From positions 73,532,001 to 73,596,000 of the forward strand of contig OX597822.1 in the NCBI GenBank assembly GCA_951406725.2: DNA of 64,000 bases, read 5' to 3'. Source of the stretch: Octopus vulgaris (taxonomy: Eukaryota). The position numbers and the translations under genes are program-made. Shown in pieces: positions 37,077-50,627 of the stretch (the stretch's first letter is position 1; each line of letters opens with the position of its first letter). The notes beneath the pieces were generated by a model. The model worked only from the letters and a program-made list of their open reading frames with translations, ran no database searches and was not told the origin of the DNA.

Positions 37077-38796
37077 TAAAGGAAATAAAACATATGCATA
37101 TATATAAACATATATGTACGTACCTACCTATACATGTACATATACACGCATATATGTGTACAGGACACCAAAAAGACGTCGAACACATAGAGAGACGAAA
37201 AACATAGACACAAACCAAGGAACAGGACAAGAAAAAATGGAGTACAGGACAATTAGCACAACGAAAAAACCCCTTCTTCAGTCGCTAAGATTTCATCTAC
37301 TCTACGTTTCGAAGGATAAAAGCGAGACGTATCTTCGAAGAAACTTCCTTCCTGCGAAAAGCAAATCAATTAAAATTCTGAGATCTTTTCGCAGAGGGGT
37401 AAAAAATGGTAAAAAAAAAAAAAAAAAGCAAGACAGTAACGACAGTACAAACATATAAACAGTAAAAAAAATAATATAAACGGTGGAAAAATAAATATAT
37501 AACAGTAAGAGACAGGACAAGGAGAACAAGATAAGAAGGGCTGTTTACGCCAGACGAAAAAAGTATTGCAAACGCTGGATTTTAGTGGACGACGAGAGAG
37601 CAGGAATGTCGACCAGTAGCCTTAGAAGGCGGGCGAGAAAAGACAGGATAGCAGTTACGACGGAAGTATCGTCGCAGATGGACGACGGGAATGGGGGAGG
37701 AGGAGCAAGAGGAAGGGAGAGAAGAAGGGGAAAGGTGCGAGGAGACCATGAAGAATGGTGAGGGGGAGAGAGAGAATGAAGAATGAGAGAGAGAGGAAGA
37801 GACAAGTTAAGTGAGGGAAAAAAGACGAAAAAGGGAATGGGATAGAAAGAAAGAAAGAAAGAAAGATGCAGAGTCGCGTGAGAGTTAATATCAAGGCTAA
37901 CTTGATATACAGAGCAATCTTACTTAAGAGGGTGCGTGCGTTTAGTCGTATAATATATTAATAAAGGAAATAAAACATATGCATATATATAAACATATAT
38001 GTACGTACCTACCTCTACATGTACATATACACGCATATATGTGTACAGGACACCAAAAAGACGTCGAACACATAGAGAGACGAAAAACATAGACACAAAC
38101 CAAGGAACAGGACAAGAAAAAATGGAGTACAGGACAATTAGCACAACGAAAAAACCCCTTCTTCAGTCGCTAAGATTTCATCTACTCTACGTTTCGAAGG
38201 ATAAAAGCGAGACGTATCTTCGAAGAAACTTCCTTCCTGCGAAAAGCAAATCAATTAAAATTCTGAGATCTTTTCGCAGAGGGGTAAAAAATGGTAAAAA
38301 AAAAAAGCAAGACAGTAACGACAGTACAAACATATAAACAGTAAAAAAAATAATATAAACGGTGGAAAAATAAATATATAACAGTAAGAGACAGGACAAG
38401 GAGAACAAGATAAGAAGGGCTGTTTACGCCAGACGAAAAAAGTATTGCAAACGCTGGATTTTAGTGGACGACGAGAGAGCAGGAATGTCGACCAGTAGCC
38501 TTAGAAGGCGGGCGAGAAAAGACAGGATAGCAGTTACGACGGAAGTATCGTCGCAGATGGACGACGGGAATGGGGGAGGAGGAGCAAGAGGAAGGGAGAG
38601 AAGAAGGGGAAAGGTGCGAGGAGACCATGAAGAATGGTGAGGGGGAGAGAGAGAATGAAGAATGAGAGAGAGAGGAAGAGACAAGTTAAGTGAGGGAAAA
38701 AAGACGAAAAAGGGAATGGGATAGAAAGAAAGAAAGAAAGAAAGATGCAGAGTCGCGTGAGAGTTAATATCAAGGCTAACTTGATATACAGAGCAA
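37068..38796. repeat. Near-identical tandem duplication (unit about 880-885 bp), possibly PLE pseudo-LTRs
   Basis: 37068-37917 matches 37953-38796, differing mainly in poly-A length. It gives the duplicated spurious ORFs 37114/37999 and 37302/38187. Confidence 0.9.
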
Positions 38797-38851
38797 ATAT
38801 ATATATATATATATATATATATACATGCATATACATACATACATACATACA

Positions 38852-38883
<32 letters not shown>

Positions 38884-38922
38884 CATACATACATACATAC
38901 ATACACACATACATACATACAT

Positions 38923-38994
<72 letters not shown>

Positions 38995-38997
<3 letters not shown>

Positions 38998-39845
38998 CCT
39001 TCAACATACCTTTCAACTTAGCAGTTAGGGGTAAGTTATGTAAGAGAATATTCTCTATAATTTCTAACAACTTCCCACCCACCCACAAGTATAGAAGTAT
39101 CTTCTCCAACAAAACTATTAGGATTTCCTACTCTACCCTGCCCACCATGAGCTGCCTCATAGCTAAACATAACTATATTAATATTAGAACAGCTAGATCA
39201 AGAGCAAACCATAGCGACCAACAGAACCCCCCTCATCTAGACAGTAGACAATATAACCAGACTGGCAGCCATACTACCCAAACAGTTAGTAATAACACCC
39301 GCCAACACAACAGCGGAAATACTACACCCATCAACAACCAGGAGGATACCAACGCCCCCACTCGTATTGCAACACCTCCGCCTGGGATTAGCAGCACACG
39401 ACCGAATAATGCAATGCAATGCAACTGCAGATGTGCATCAGAGTGCCCGCTGCAGGGCGCATGTAGGGCGAAAAACGTAATATACTCATGTGAGGTGAGT
39501 ACTCAGTTTAACACACTCACCTATATTGGTTGCTCAACCTCCTGGAAATCCAGATACTACAACCACCGGTCCTCGCTGAGACACAGACATAAGGCTAACA
39601 GCACCTCCCTCTCTAAAAGAATTTGGGAATTAAAAGACAAATGCATAGGCTTCAAACTTAGATGGTCCATCATCGGATCAGCTGCACCTTATTTAAATAA
39701 TAGAGCAGGATGCCAACTATGTTGTGTAGAACTCCTGAACATCTTGAAATTCAAAGACAAACACAATCTTATTAACAAAAGGTCAGAGTTCAAACCATCC
39801 TGTATACATAAACTTATTAATACTTTCAAATACTACAAAGCTTAG
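38995..39845 (+). mobile_element. PLE C-terminal coding fragment with GIY-YIG endonuclease, frame intact
   Basis: HKYRSIFSNKTIRISYSTLPTM...CNCRCASECPLQGAC..NVIYSCEV...YIGCST.WKSRYYNH...CQLCCVE...LINKRSEFKPSCIH. The N-terminal part of ORF 38745 is only microsatellite. Confidence 0.88.
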
Positions 39846-39941
39846 GTCTTATACCAACTCCCCCATGCAATTTCCTCCCACCCGGTGCAACCTGTCGGCT
39901 CCAGCACATCCCGCTTTCCTATATGTGCGTGTATATGTGTA

Positions 39942-39973
<32 letters not shown>

Positions 39974-41614
39974 TGCACATACGTGTACGTATGTGTACAT
40001 ATATATATATATACATACATGTGCGTGTGTGTGTGTGTGTGTGGGTGTGTGTATATGCATATACGGTTCCCTGCATTTTCCTCCTATATATACAAATTTT
40101 GTCTCCCATATATGACTTCTTTTCCCTAAATATTTCTTCTCCTACACCCATATCCTCCCTATATAGTCTCTTTAATTCCCTATATCTATACCCTTTCACA
40201 TTTCTAACTCGGATGTTGAACGCACACCGCCAAACTCCACTTCCCACCCTTCCAATTTCCAGTTCCCCCCGCCCGCCCCTACGTTTAACACACACCTCTA
40301 AATATCAACCACCTTCATCTCATGTTAAACTTTACCAAATTATATTTTTATCTTATTTTATTTTATTTTTATTTTTACTTTTATTTTTACTTTTATCCTA
40401 CTTCCATTTATTTTTATTTTTAATTTTATTTTTACTTTTATTCTACTTCCATTTATTCTCATTTTTATTTTCATCCCTTACCTTAACTCTTATAATTTTT
40501 ATAATTTTTATAATTCTTATATTTCATTTCTAACTATTACATTGTATTTCTTATTTTATACTGTATTTTTTATTTCTAATCTTTACCCTTACCCTCATTC
40601 TTACCCCTAACTTATCGCTTTACACCTCTATATATGTTTATTTACTTACCTATGGATCCACTTTTTGACTATACGAGCGTCCACGTACGTGTGTATACGC
40701 ATACATACATATGCACGTGCATATATGTACATGCATACTTCGATATCTTATAGCTATACCCATGTGCGCGTGTGTCTCTCTGTGTGTGTATGAGTGTATA
40801 TGTGCACGCACATACGGACACACAGCCGTGTGTGCGTGCACGTATAGACATGAGTACGGGATTCTTTACATACGTTCTTATACACATCCTTTAATATCTT
40901 ATACCTAGACCTAGAGGCGTGGGCATATACGTGTGTGTATGTAGGGAGAGGCGCGCGTATGTACATGTGAGTGTGTACGCGTATAGTGTCCGTGTATACA
41001 TGCGGATATTCTGTTGTATGTATGTGTGTGTACGAGCGTGCGTGTGGGTGCGTGTGTGTTTATGTACATGTTTACACGCGAGTGCGTGTGTATGCTTATA
41101 GGCTTGGAGGCGTATATGTACGCGTGTATGTGGGTGTATGTATCCATGATGACATGTATGTACTAGAAGTCCATTTAATTCAAGGAACCAGATTAAATGC
41201 TCATCAGCTCTGATTTACAACACATTAGGTCCCCAGACGAAACTGTTGATTTACTGACAATTCTACAACTAAATTTTATCAATCTCCTGACCACCATGCT
41301 TGGTCCGTAACCTCCATACATCCCTTATCTTTACATTCTTTTACACTTTTATCATGTTTGTATCAGGTTTTTTTACTTTTATTTCTATTTCTATTTTTTC
41401 TTTATAACCTTATGCCTTTACATTTATTTATATTTCTTTATATTTCTTTATACCCCCTTTTCATCTCCTTATAACTCTTTATATCTTTATCCTCTACATT
41501 TTTATATTATTTTTATATTATTCTATACTTACACTTTTTATACATTCTTTATCCCTCGTCCCGAACTCTCGCCCCTCCATCTTCACCTCTATATATGTAT
41601 TTATTTATTTACAT

Positions 41615-41960
41615 TACCTCAACATCCAATTTTCCTCATTCTACATTGAGAGAAGAAAGAGATGGACGCTTCAATTCTATGCTGCTGCCGCATTATGTCG
41701 TACGCGAATGAAAGGATTTGCATCCCCAACCAAGAATTTTTGATGTAACACATGTCCTTGTGGAAGCTGTTGTGCGCGGCTGAAGAAGGCCACAGACATA
41801 CATTATGCATTGTTATAAATCTGTCTAATAAAGGCCCGAAACATATGTACCGCTGAATCCTTCGCATCATGTTTTTACTTTATTTTGATCAATTTACTCC
41901 ACCACCTACACCACCAAACGGTATACACAGGTGCTTATAATTATCAAGTACTCACCCCGA

Positions 41961-41966
<6 letters not shown>
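41615..41966 (+). mobile_element. PLE pseudo-LTR-like repeat with a hammerhead
   Basis: It shares ctcaacatccaatt, cggctgaaga, gaaacatatgtaccgc and caggtgctta..ttatcaagta..cacc with 42856-43299. Confidence 0.75.
41776..41853 (+). ncRNA. Type I hammerhead ribozyme with an expanded stem-II loop
   Basis: gcgg-CTGAAGA-aggcc...ggccc-GAAA-catatg-TA^ccgc. Confidence 0.8.
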
Positions 41967-42345
<379 letters not shown>

Positions 42346-42384
42346 CAAATGAAATAAAATGAAAAACAGGACACAAAGGATGTT

Positions 42385-42477
42385 GCGGTACACATGTTTC
42401 GAGCTTTATAGAACAACTTATTCTTACATCAATGCATAATCGACATAACAGATAGTTCAAAAGCCCTCTTCAGCCGC
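42385..42477 (-). ncRNA. Type I hammerhead ribozyme (inverted copy)
   Basis: Minus strand gcgg-CTGAAGA-gggcttt...aaagctc-GAAA-catgtg-TA^ccgc. Confidence 0.8.
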
Positions 42478-43090
42478 ATGCAATTGCTACACCAAAGACT
42501 TGTATCACATTATAAAAGGTTTGAGAAAAAACATTAGGTATTGTTTATAATGGTAGGTAAACCGAGTATCACTGGGAAAGTATGTTTGTAAATCTTCATA
42601 GGCGTACATGGTATTATTGGACTCCAAAAAAAATCGTCTATACCGTTTTCTCACTCAATATAGAATGAAAACTGGGTAGATTCCTTCGTGTTACCTGACG
42701 TTCTTTATATCTTTATATATTTATATTTTTACATCTTTACTTTATTATATTTTATTATCCTTTAGAATTATATTTATATTTATATATAGATTTTTGTGAT
42801 CCCAACTTCATTAACGTTTCCTCCCCTTCCCCTCCTTTCTCCTTTTTCTCTTTCTCTCAACATCCAATTCCTTCCCTTACATGAAGGAATCTACCCAGTA
42901 TTCATTCTATAGTGAGTGAGAAAACGGTATAGACGATTTTTTTGGAGTCTAATAATACCATGTATGCGTATGAAGATTTGCAAACATACTTTCCCAGTGA
43001 TACTCGGTTTACTTACCATTATAAACAATACCTAATGTTTTTCTCAAACCTTTCCTATTGTGATACAAGTCTTTGGTGTAGCAATTGCAA

Positions 43091-43183
43091 GCGGCTGAAG
43101 AGGGCTTTTGGACTATCTGTTATGTCGATTATGGATTGATGTAAGAATAAGTTGTTCTATAAAGCTCGAAACATATGTACCGC
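43091..43183 (+). ncRNA. Type I hammerhead ribozyme
   Basis: gcgg-CTGAAGA-gggcttt...aaagctc-GAAA-catatg-TA^ccgc. Stem III is palindromic, as in PLE-type minimal hammerheads. Confidence 0.82.
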
Positions 43184-43295
43184 AACATCCTTTGTGTCCT
43201 GTTTTTCATTTTATTTCATTTGATACATATATCCTGTCACCTATGCTACTAGCTGGCATATACAGGTGCTTACATTTATCAAGTATTCACCCTGA

Positions 43296-43342
<47 letters not shown>

Positions 43343-43850
43343 GGATATGAGGTTTAGTTCGCTGGTAAGTGCTATAATTGATCATCCGTAAGGTTCCAGC
43401 TTCTTATCGCACATCCACTCCTGTACCTATAATATTTTGCGTTTGTTAATGCAGTGCAGTCACCTAGAATTTCTGAGTTTAATCCCAGACAAGGCACTAA
43501 GGCGTATCACAACACATCTGAAGAAAGCTGGAGCGTACATCAACTGAAAGGTAGTGAGAACAACCATGAAGTAACACCACTGGTTCATGTACTGAAGCAA
43601 AGAATTTCAGACGCTTATTTCGTTTCATAAATAATTTTATTTAATGTCTGGATGTTTACACACAAAATGCTGGTGTTGTTAAAATGCAGAAAACATCTTT
43701 GAACAGAGTAACTTAGTGTATTGAATGTGCACACACGCAAAATACAGTGCAACTATTATGGATCAAACATGGCGTACCGCGAAATATGAAAGTCGCAGGC
43801 GAAACGGTAACTGCTCTATTGTTGTAGTGCAAACAAAACAATAATTATAT

Positions 43851-44830
43851 TGTTACGGAGATGAATAAACGGGAAAACGCCATATCCTAGTTCCGTTGGT
43901 TGGAGTCGAACTGGCGGGGAAAAAACATGATGGTTCTTTGTCTTGTCAACGGCAAGGTTAAAATTAATGAGTTTATGAAGTACCTCTGACCCTTACACGG
44001 TCAGGGAAAGTTGAAAAAAAAAATTAAAATGCCATCCTTTAAAATGCGACGAACTGGTGTTAGAGAAGACAGACAGCGAAGGGCCGGAGAAGGGTTCAGT
44101 TGGCAAGAGGCAGACAGCGAAGGGCCGGAAAAGAGTTCGGTTGGCAAGAGATAGCAGTCGATACGGACGGTCAGCCAAGAAGGTGGTGATGGCGAGAGGC
44201 AACGGCGAGGTGAGGAAGACAGGCAGAGAATATTGGGAATTGACAGGCAAGAGGTAGAGAAGAGGATGATAGCGAAGAAGCTGGACTACTATAGCGGGTT
44301 CAGAAACATTCGGTATTGTTGCTTATGTTTCGATTTGTCTTTTGGACTTTAATGTTGAATTATGATGTTTGAAAAAGAGACTGTAATCTGTTGAAAAGAA
44401 AAAAAGAAGAACTTGTAAATATTTAAAGAAAATTGAGAACGAGCTCTCTGCGTAAGAAGAGAAGGAAGAGAAAAGAAAAGAGAAAGACTTTGTTGTGATT
44501 CTGTATTGTGTTGCATGTCAACCAATCGATTGTTTTTTTAAGTCGGTATTACGTTTGATTTATTTTGTAAAGTTATGAATTGTTAAATGCTTTTGTTTTT
44601 AAATGTATTTGAAATGTATTACGTTTAATTGATGCTGTAAAATTGTATAAATTGATGTTAAATGTAAGCAACTGCCTTCCGCTGTCTCTCTCTCCTGTTA
44701 TTGTTGTCTTCGGTTACTGGTTTGCGTTCGCTGTCCATCCTCCGCTTTCTGTGGTGGATTTCCGTTTGACTGAGCGTAGTCGTCGTCGCCGACTTAGGGT
44801 CCTGAATCGAGTTGAGGGACGGTCGTAACA
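43851..44830. mobile_element. Solo LTR (980 bp), probably Gypsy-type
   Basis: It begins TGTTACG and ends CGTAACA (TG...CA, 7-bp inverted ends). A 4-bp TSD ATAT lies at 43847-43850 and 44831-44834. Confidence 0.8.
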
Positions 44831-45126
44831 ATATAATTAGAAGTGCCCTCAAGTGGACTAAATTAACTGTTCCAAAATTACTGGGAACAAATTATAGTTC
44901 AAGGGTGATAATCCGAATTTGCTCCATGATCCCAGTCAAGGAAAAATCACCCATCTTAAGTTACGACTTTTTTCGTCATTGCTACAAACGTTAGAATTAA
45001 CTTAACTATCGAAATAGTTTTTGCTTTGTTTTGTTTCGTCAAACTTGAACTTAAAATCTCTGAGTTCAAATTCTGCCCAGGGCTTTGCCGTCCATCCTAA
45101 TGAGGTAAAGATAGAATAAATAACTA

Positions 45127-45263
45127 AGCTTGCTTACCAACCACATGGTTCCGGGTTCAGTCCCACTGTGTGGCACCTTGGGCAAGTGTCTTCTACTATA
45201 GCCTCGGGCCGACCAAAGCCTTGTGAGTGGATTTGGTAGACGGAAACTGAAAGAAGCCCGTCG

Positions 45264-45323
<60 letters not shown>

Positions 45324-45510
45324 TGTGTCTGTGTTTGCCCTCACCCCCAACATTGCTTGACAACCGATGCTGGTGTGTTTACGTCCCCGTAACTTAGCGG
45401 TTCGGCAAAAGAGACCGATAGAATAAGTACTAGGCTTACAAAGAATAAGTCGTGGGGTCGATTTGCTCGACTAAAGGCGGTGCTCCAGCATGGCCACAGT
45501 CAAATGACAA
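45127..45510 (+). mobile_element. SINE family A (tRNA-like head, internal (AT)/(GT) microsatellite), 5'-clipped
   Basis: agcttgcttaccaaccacatggttccgggttcagtcccactg...ggtgctccagcatggccacagtcaaatgac. Confidence 0.9.
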
Positions 45511-46005
45511 ACAAATAAAAAAAAAATAAAAGAATAAGTACTGAGTTAGATTATTAAATCTAACTAAAGTAAGGGTTCTCAACCATTTTCTGTATCTATG
45601 GACCCCCTTTGATTTCAATTTTATCCTGGTGAACCCTCATAGCCATTCGGTGCTTAAAAACTAGTCGTTTAGAATGTTATTTATTAATGTTTTCAGGCAT
45701 CAATTTGTGTGGGTTGAACTTCGTAAAATGTTAGAGAAAGAAATCTAAATGTTTCTTGCAAAACACATCTAAAGCAAATTTTTTTTAGGGGTCCTTAAAA
45801 TACTTAAAAACTAACGCAATCAACACTGAATTGTGTCTTCGTTAAATTGACACATTCATTGATTTCTTATAAATATTTATTTTTCTATCACGTTTTACAG
45901 AAATGTTATCATTGACTAGCTGGTTCCCATGCCGACAAAAATGACGGCTAATTGTAATATTTAATATACAAAAAGTGTACAAAAAAGTGAAAAAAAAACA
46001 AACAA

Positions 46006-46400
46006 GGTAAGTAGCTTGCTTACCAACCACATGGTTCCGGGTTCATTACCACTGCGTGACACCTTGGGCAAGTGTCTTCTACTATAGCTACGGGCTGACC
46101 AAAGCCTAGTGAGTGGATTTGGTAGACGGAAACTGGAAGAAGCCCGTCGTATATATGTATATATATATATATATGTATGTATGTATATGTTTGTGTGTCT
46201 GTGTTTGTCCCCCTAACATTGCTTGACAACCGTTGGTGGTGTGTTTACGTCCCGTAACTTAGCGGTTCAGCAAAAGAGACTGATAGAATAAGTACTAGGC
46301 TTACAAAGAATAAGTCCTGGGGTCGATTTACTTGACTAGAAGGCGATGCTCCAGCATGGCCGCAGTCAAATGACTGAAACAAGTAAAAGAGTAAAAGAGT
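46006..46400 (+). mobile_element. SINE family A
   Basis: Close match to the 45127 copy, with a (gtaaaaga) tail. Confidence 0.9.
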
Positions 46401-46482
46401 TCTTCAACTCGATGTGTGTATGTGTGTGTGTGCATATGTATACATTTATGTGTGTGAGTAACACAGTCTGTATCGAATGCAC

Positions 46483-47939
46483 TTTTCTATACTTTGTCAA
46501 AGCCCGCTTCCTTCCTTTTTAATAGCGTCTGTTTATATACATATGTATGTGTAAATGCATGTGTGTTTGTAATTCTATTTTCTATGTATCTTTCTAAACT
46601 TTGTCAAAGCCCGCTTCCTTCCTTTTTAATAGCGTCTGTTTATATACATATGCATGTGTGTTTGTAATTCTATTTTCTATGTATCTTTCTAAACTTTGTC
46701 AAAGCCCGCTTCCTTCCTTTTTAATAGCGTCTGTTTATATACATATGCATGTGTGTTTGTAATTCTATTTTCTATGTATCTTTCTAAACTTTGTCAAAGC
46801 CCGCTTCCTTCCTTTTTAATAGCGTCTGTTTATATACATATGCATGTGTGTTTGTAATTCTATTTTCTATGTATCTTTCTAAACTTTGTCAAAGTCCGCT
46901 TCCTTCCTTTTTAATAGCGTCTGTTTATATACATATGCATGTGTGTTTGTAATTCTATTTTCTATGTATCTTTCTAAACTTTGTCAAAGCCCGCTTCCTT
47001 CCTTTTTAATAGCGTCTGTTTATATACATATGCATGTGTGTTTGTAATTCTATTTTCTATGTATCTTTCTAAACTTTGTCAAAGCCCGCTTCCTTCCTTT
47101 TTAATAGCGTCTGTTTATATACATATGCATGTGTGTTTGTAATTCTATTTTCTATGTATCTTTCTAAACTTTGTCAAAGCCCGCTTCCTTCCTTTTTAAT
47201 AGCGTCTGTTTATATACATATGCATGTGTGTTTGTAATTCTATTTTCTATGTATCTTTCTAAACTTTGTCAAAGCCCGCTTCCTTCCTTTTTAATAGCGT
47301 CTGTTTATATACATATGCATGTGTGTTTGTAATTCTATTTTCTATGTATCTTTCTAAACTTTGTCAAAGCCCGCTTCCTTCCTTTTTAATAGCGTCTGTT
47401 TATATACATATGCATGTGTGTTTGTAATTCTATTTTCTATGTATCTTTCTAAACTTTGTCAAAGCCCGCTTCCTTCCTTTTTAATAGCGTCTGTTTATAT
47501 ACATATGCATGTGTGTTTGTAATTCTATTTTCTATGTATCTTTCTAAACTTTGTCAAAGCCCGCTTCCTTCCTTTTTAATAGCGTCTGTTTATATACATA
47601 TGCATGTGTGTTTGTAATTCTATTTTCTATGTATCTTTCTATACTTTGTCAAAGCCCGCTTCCTTCCTTTTTAATAGCGTCTGTTTATATACATATGCAT
47701 GTGTGTTTGTAATTCTATTTTCTATGTATCTTTCTAAACTTTGTCAAAGCCCGCTTCCTTCCTTTTTAATAGCGTCTGTTTATATACATATGCATGTGTG
47801 TTTGTAATTCTATTTTCTATGTATCTTTCTAAACTTTGTCAAAGCCCGCTTCCTTCCTTTTTAATAGCGTCTGTTTATATACATATGTATGTGTAAATGC
47901 ATGTGTGTTTGTAATTCTATTTTCTATGTATCTTTCTAA
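46483..47939. repeat. 95-bp tandem array, 15 units
   Basis: Unit actttgtcaaagcccgcttccttcctttttaatagcgtctgtttatatacatatgcatgtgtgtttgtaattctattttctatgtatctttctaa at 46491, 46598, 46693 ... 47833. Confidence 0.97.
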
Positions 47940-47974
47940 ATAAACTCACACAAACACATATACACTCCGTCAAA

Positions 47975-48269
47975 TCTTTATATATAAAAGTGAAGTTGTG
48001 TGTCTGTCTACTCCGATTTAGATTCCTAACTACTCCCACATTTTGCGGTGCAGTTTAACCAAAACCGGGTATCTTATAGTGGTGATTCATATCGAGCCCT
48101 TCTGGGTATTAGCGCGCGTCTACGATGAGTCTACGATTTTAAAAATAATTTACCATCATTTTTTTCCATTTTTAATGCATTTTTTTGCTATTTTTTGGCT
48201 ATAACTCTCTAAAAATGCTGTATAGTTATTTCCCTTACAAACACGAGCAACGCCGGGCGATACTGCTAG
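47975..48269 (+). mobile_element. Short non-autonomous Helitron (family H1)
   Basis: A|TCtttatatataaaag...cgagcaacgccgggcgatactgCTAG|T. Confidence 0.88.
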
Positions 48270-48544
48270 TATTATATAAATATATTTTCCACACACACGC
48301 ACACACACACACACACACATTTACATTTCTCCCTTTTACACGCATACACAGAGTTGAAGTGCCGTTTGATTTTTGTTTCCCCCGTTGACTTTCCAGCATC
48401 CCACTTCCATCGGTGCATCACCCCTTCCTTTCTCATTCATATGTTGTGACGGAGAAATGCACAAGAGTATTATGAAGTTTATATTATTTTTCGAATTTCT
48501 AACGTCCCCAAGACTCGTTTTGTACTATTCTTGGGTTCAAGTCA

Positions 48545-48962
48545 CCGGCGTGGCTGCATTGGTTAAGAAACTCGCTTTACTACCATATGGTTTCGGGTTC
48601 AATCCAATTGCTCAGCACCTATAGTAGCGGGGCCGACTAATGCCATGTCAGTGAATTTGGTAAACGGAAACTGTGTGGAAACCCGTCATATATGTGTGTA
48701 TGTGTATGTAATTGTGTGTGTATATATGTGTGTGTGTATGTGTGTATCCTTGTGTTTGTGTTGTTCCCGTCCATCGCCGGCTATACAACCGGTGTTGGTT
48801 TGTATATGTCCCCTTAACATAACAGTTTAGCTACAGAGATGGAGAGAATGAGCACTAGACTTCAACCAAGAAAAAAACAAAAAAAAAACAAAAACCCAGA
48901 AATGTACTGTGTTGGATTTGTTCAAAGCGGTGCTACAGCATGGCCGCAGTCCAATGACTGAA
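48545..48962 (+). mobile_element. Diverged SINE family A copy
   Basis: gcgtggctgcattggttaag...ggtttcgggttcaatcc...gcatggccgcagtccaatgactgaaa. Confidence 0.7.
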
Positions 48963-49007
48963 AAATACAAGTTATTGTAATCAAGTATCATTCGTTCTCT
49001 TTTCGGA

Positions 49008-49069
<62 letters not shown>

Positions 49070-49249
49070 TCTCTGCTTCCTCTCTCTCTCTCTCTCCTCC
49101 ATCTCTCTCTTTCTCTCTCGTTCCTTCCCTTTTCCTCACGCCATTGATACTAATTCCAGCTCTTCTGAGATTCACGCATATATATAGGACGGAGAGTCCA
49201 AAAGTATCTGCACTTTCTCCATAACATATCTTTATTAGTGTCACACTGA

Positions 49250-49300
49250 CTTCTGCGCATGCGTGCTTATACTTGGTACTATTGTGGTCACGTGATCGAA
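49250..49300. promoter_or_regulatory. Candidate regulatory motifs (NRF1-like tgcgcatgcg and E-box gtcacgtga)
   Basis: Motif matches only. Confidence 0.25.
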
Positions 49301-49979
49301 GTTTGAGCCTGATCGCACGATTTTTCTTTCCAACTTTGCAGTGTAAACATGGCCGTTCCACTAGCAATGTGCATCAAAGATAAATAAAGAGCAGTCATCT
49401 GATTTCTCAGGTCGGAAGGTGAAACATATAAAAGAATACACACACACACACACACACACACACAACTTAATTGTATGTATTGTAACTTTATTCATCATAT
49501 ATATTCTATTCTTTGTTTATAAAAAAAAAATTTTGCTATCCGACATTATGGAAATTTTCGTTCATTGCTTTTCAATCAGAAATACTGTTATGACGTCATA
49601 TAACCAACATTCTTTTTTATACATAACACATAGAAAACAAGCTGTCTGAATCGTTAGCACACCGGACCAAATGCTTGGCGGCATTTTTCCTGGCTTTACG
49701 TTCTGAATTCGAGTGCCGCCGAGGTCGACTTTGCCTTTCGTCTTACCAGAGTCGATAAAATAAGTATCAGCTGAGTATTGGGGTCGATGTAATCCCCTTC
49801 CCTAAAACCTCAGACATCGTATTTATATAGAAAGGATTATATACATGTTATTGGTACCGGGTTATTTTGTATTGTTTCTAACTAGAAGTTTGTCCGAACC
49901 GCTTAAGGCACAGAAAACTAGGTTAGGTCTCTGGTGTCGCGCAGTATGGCTCCTGGGTAAGTAAAAATGGATACAAATT

Positions 49980-50545
49980 TTGGGTTGTCTGGTAAGTTCG
50001 TGCCGATTTATAGTTGCTTACCTTTCAACTTATTTTAGAACATGGTTGAGTCCATAAAATAGGATTTGACTAAACCTCTATTTAGAGCACAGTTTGAGCT
50101 ATCTTTTCGTGGAAGAAACTTTATGTTCCTATAACCTGTGTTAATTCTGTAACCCTTTAAAATGGAAGATAAGAAAGTTTATTTTCGGCACTTGATGCTT
50201 TGGGAACCAGACAAAAATTGCTGCACCTCAGCTGGGATGTGTTACCCCACCCTCCATATTCACCAGATATTGCTCCTTCGGATTTCCACTTATTCAGGTC
50301 TCTGCAGAATAATCTTAATTGTAAACATTTCAATTCCTTGGATGACGTAAAAAGATACGTTGATTAATTCTTTGCCATGAAACCACTTCAATTTTGGGAA
50401 GAAGGTATTTTCAAGTTAAAGGAAATATGGAGACGCATTGTGCAATAAAATGGTTCATATTCGGGTGATTAAAAATGTAATGGCAAGTATTTATTGACCT
50501 TTTTCTTTCCTTTAAAAATCGGCACGAACTTTCCGGACAATCCAG
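49980..50545 (+). mobile_element. Internally deleted mariner
   Basis: TIRs ttgggttgtctggtaagttcgtgccgattt and aaatcggcacgaactttccggacaatcca. MEDKKVYFRHLML is joined to LSWDVLPHPPYSPDIAPSDFHLFRSLQN. Confidence 0.9.
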
Positions 50546-50627
50546 TGGAAATAAGATGGCATAAACATTTGGCAGTAGCTTTCGTTTTGACTGCAAATTT
50601 GTTTAGTTGTGAATACCTTAAAGTTCA

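Noticed and set aside
41160-41255. Hammerhead-like pieces (catttaat/attaaatg hairpin, minus-strand ctgatga, gacgaaac)
   Set aside because: The core elements are not on the same strand in a valid order.
45110-45140. SINE starting at agcttgcttacc as the missing downstream half of the Tx1-interrupted SINE
   Set aside because: The preceding sequence looks like a family B SINE remnant, not a Tx1 3' end, and it is over 10 kb away. Simple 5' truncation is more likely.
46483-47939. CRISPR-like array
   Set aside because: The units are contiguous and near-identical, with no unique spacers and no cas genes. The context is eukaryotic.
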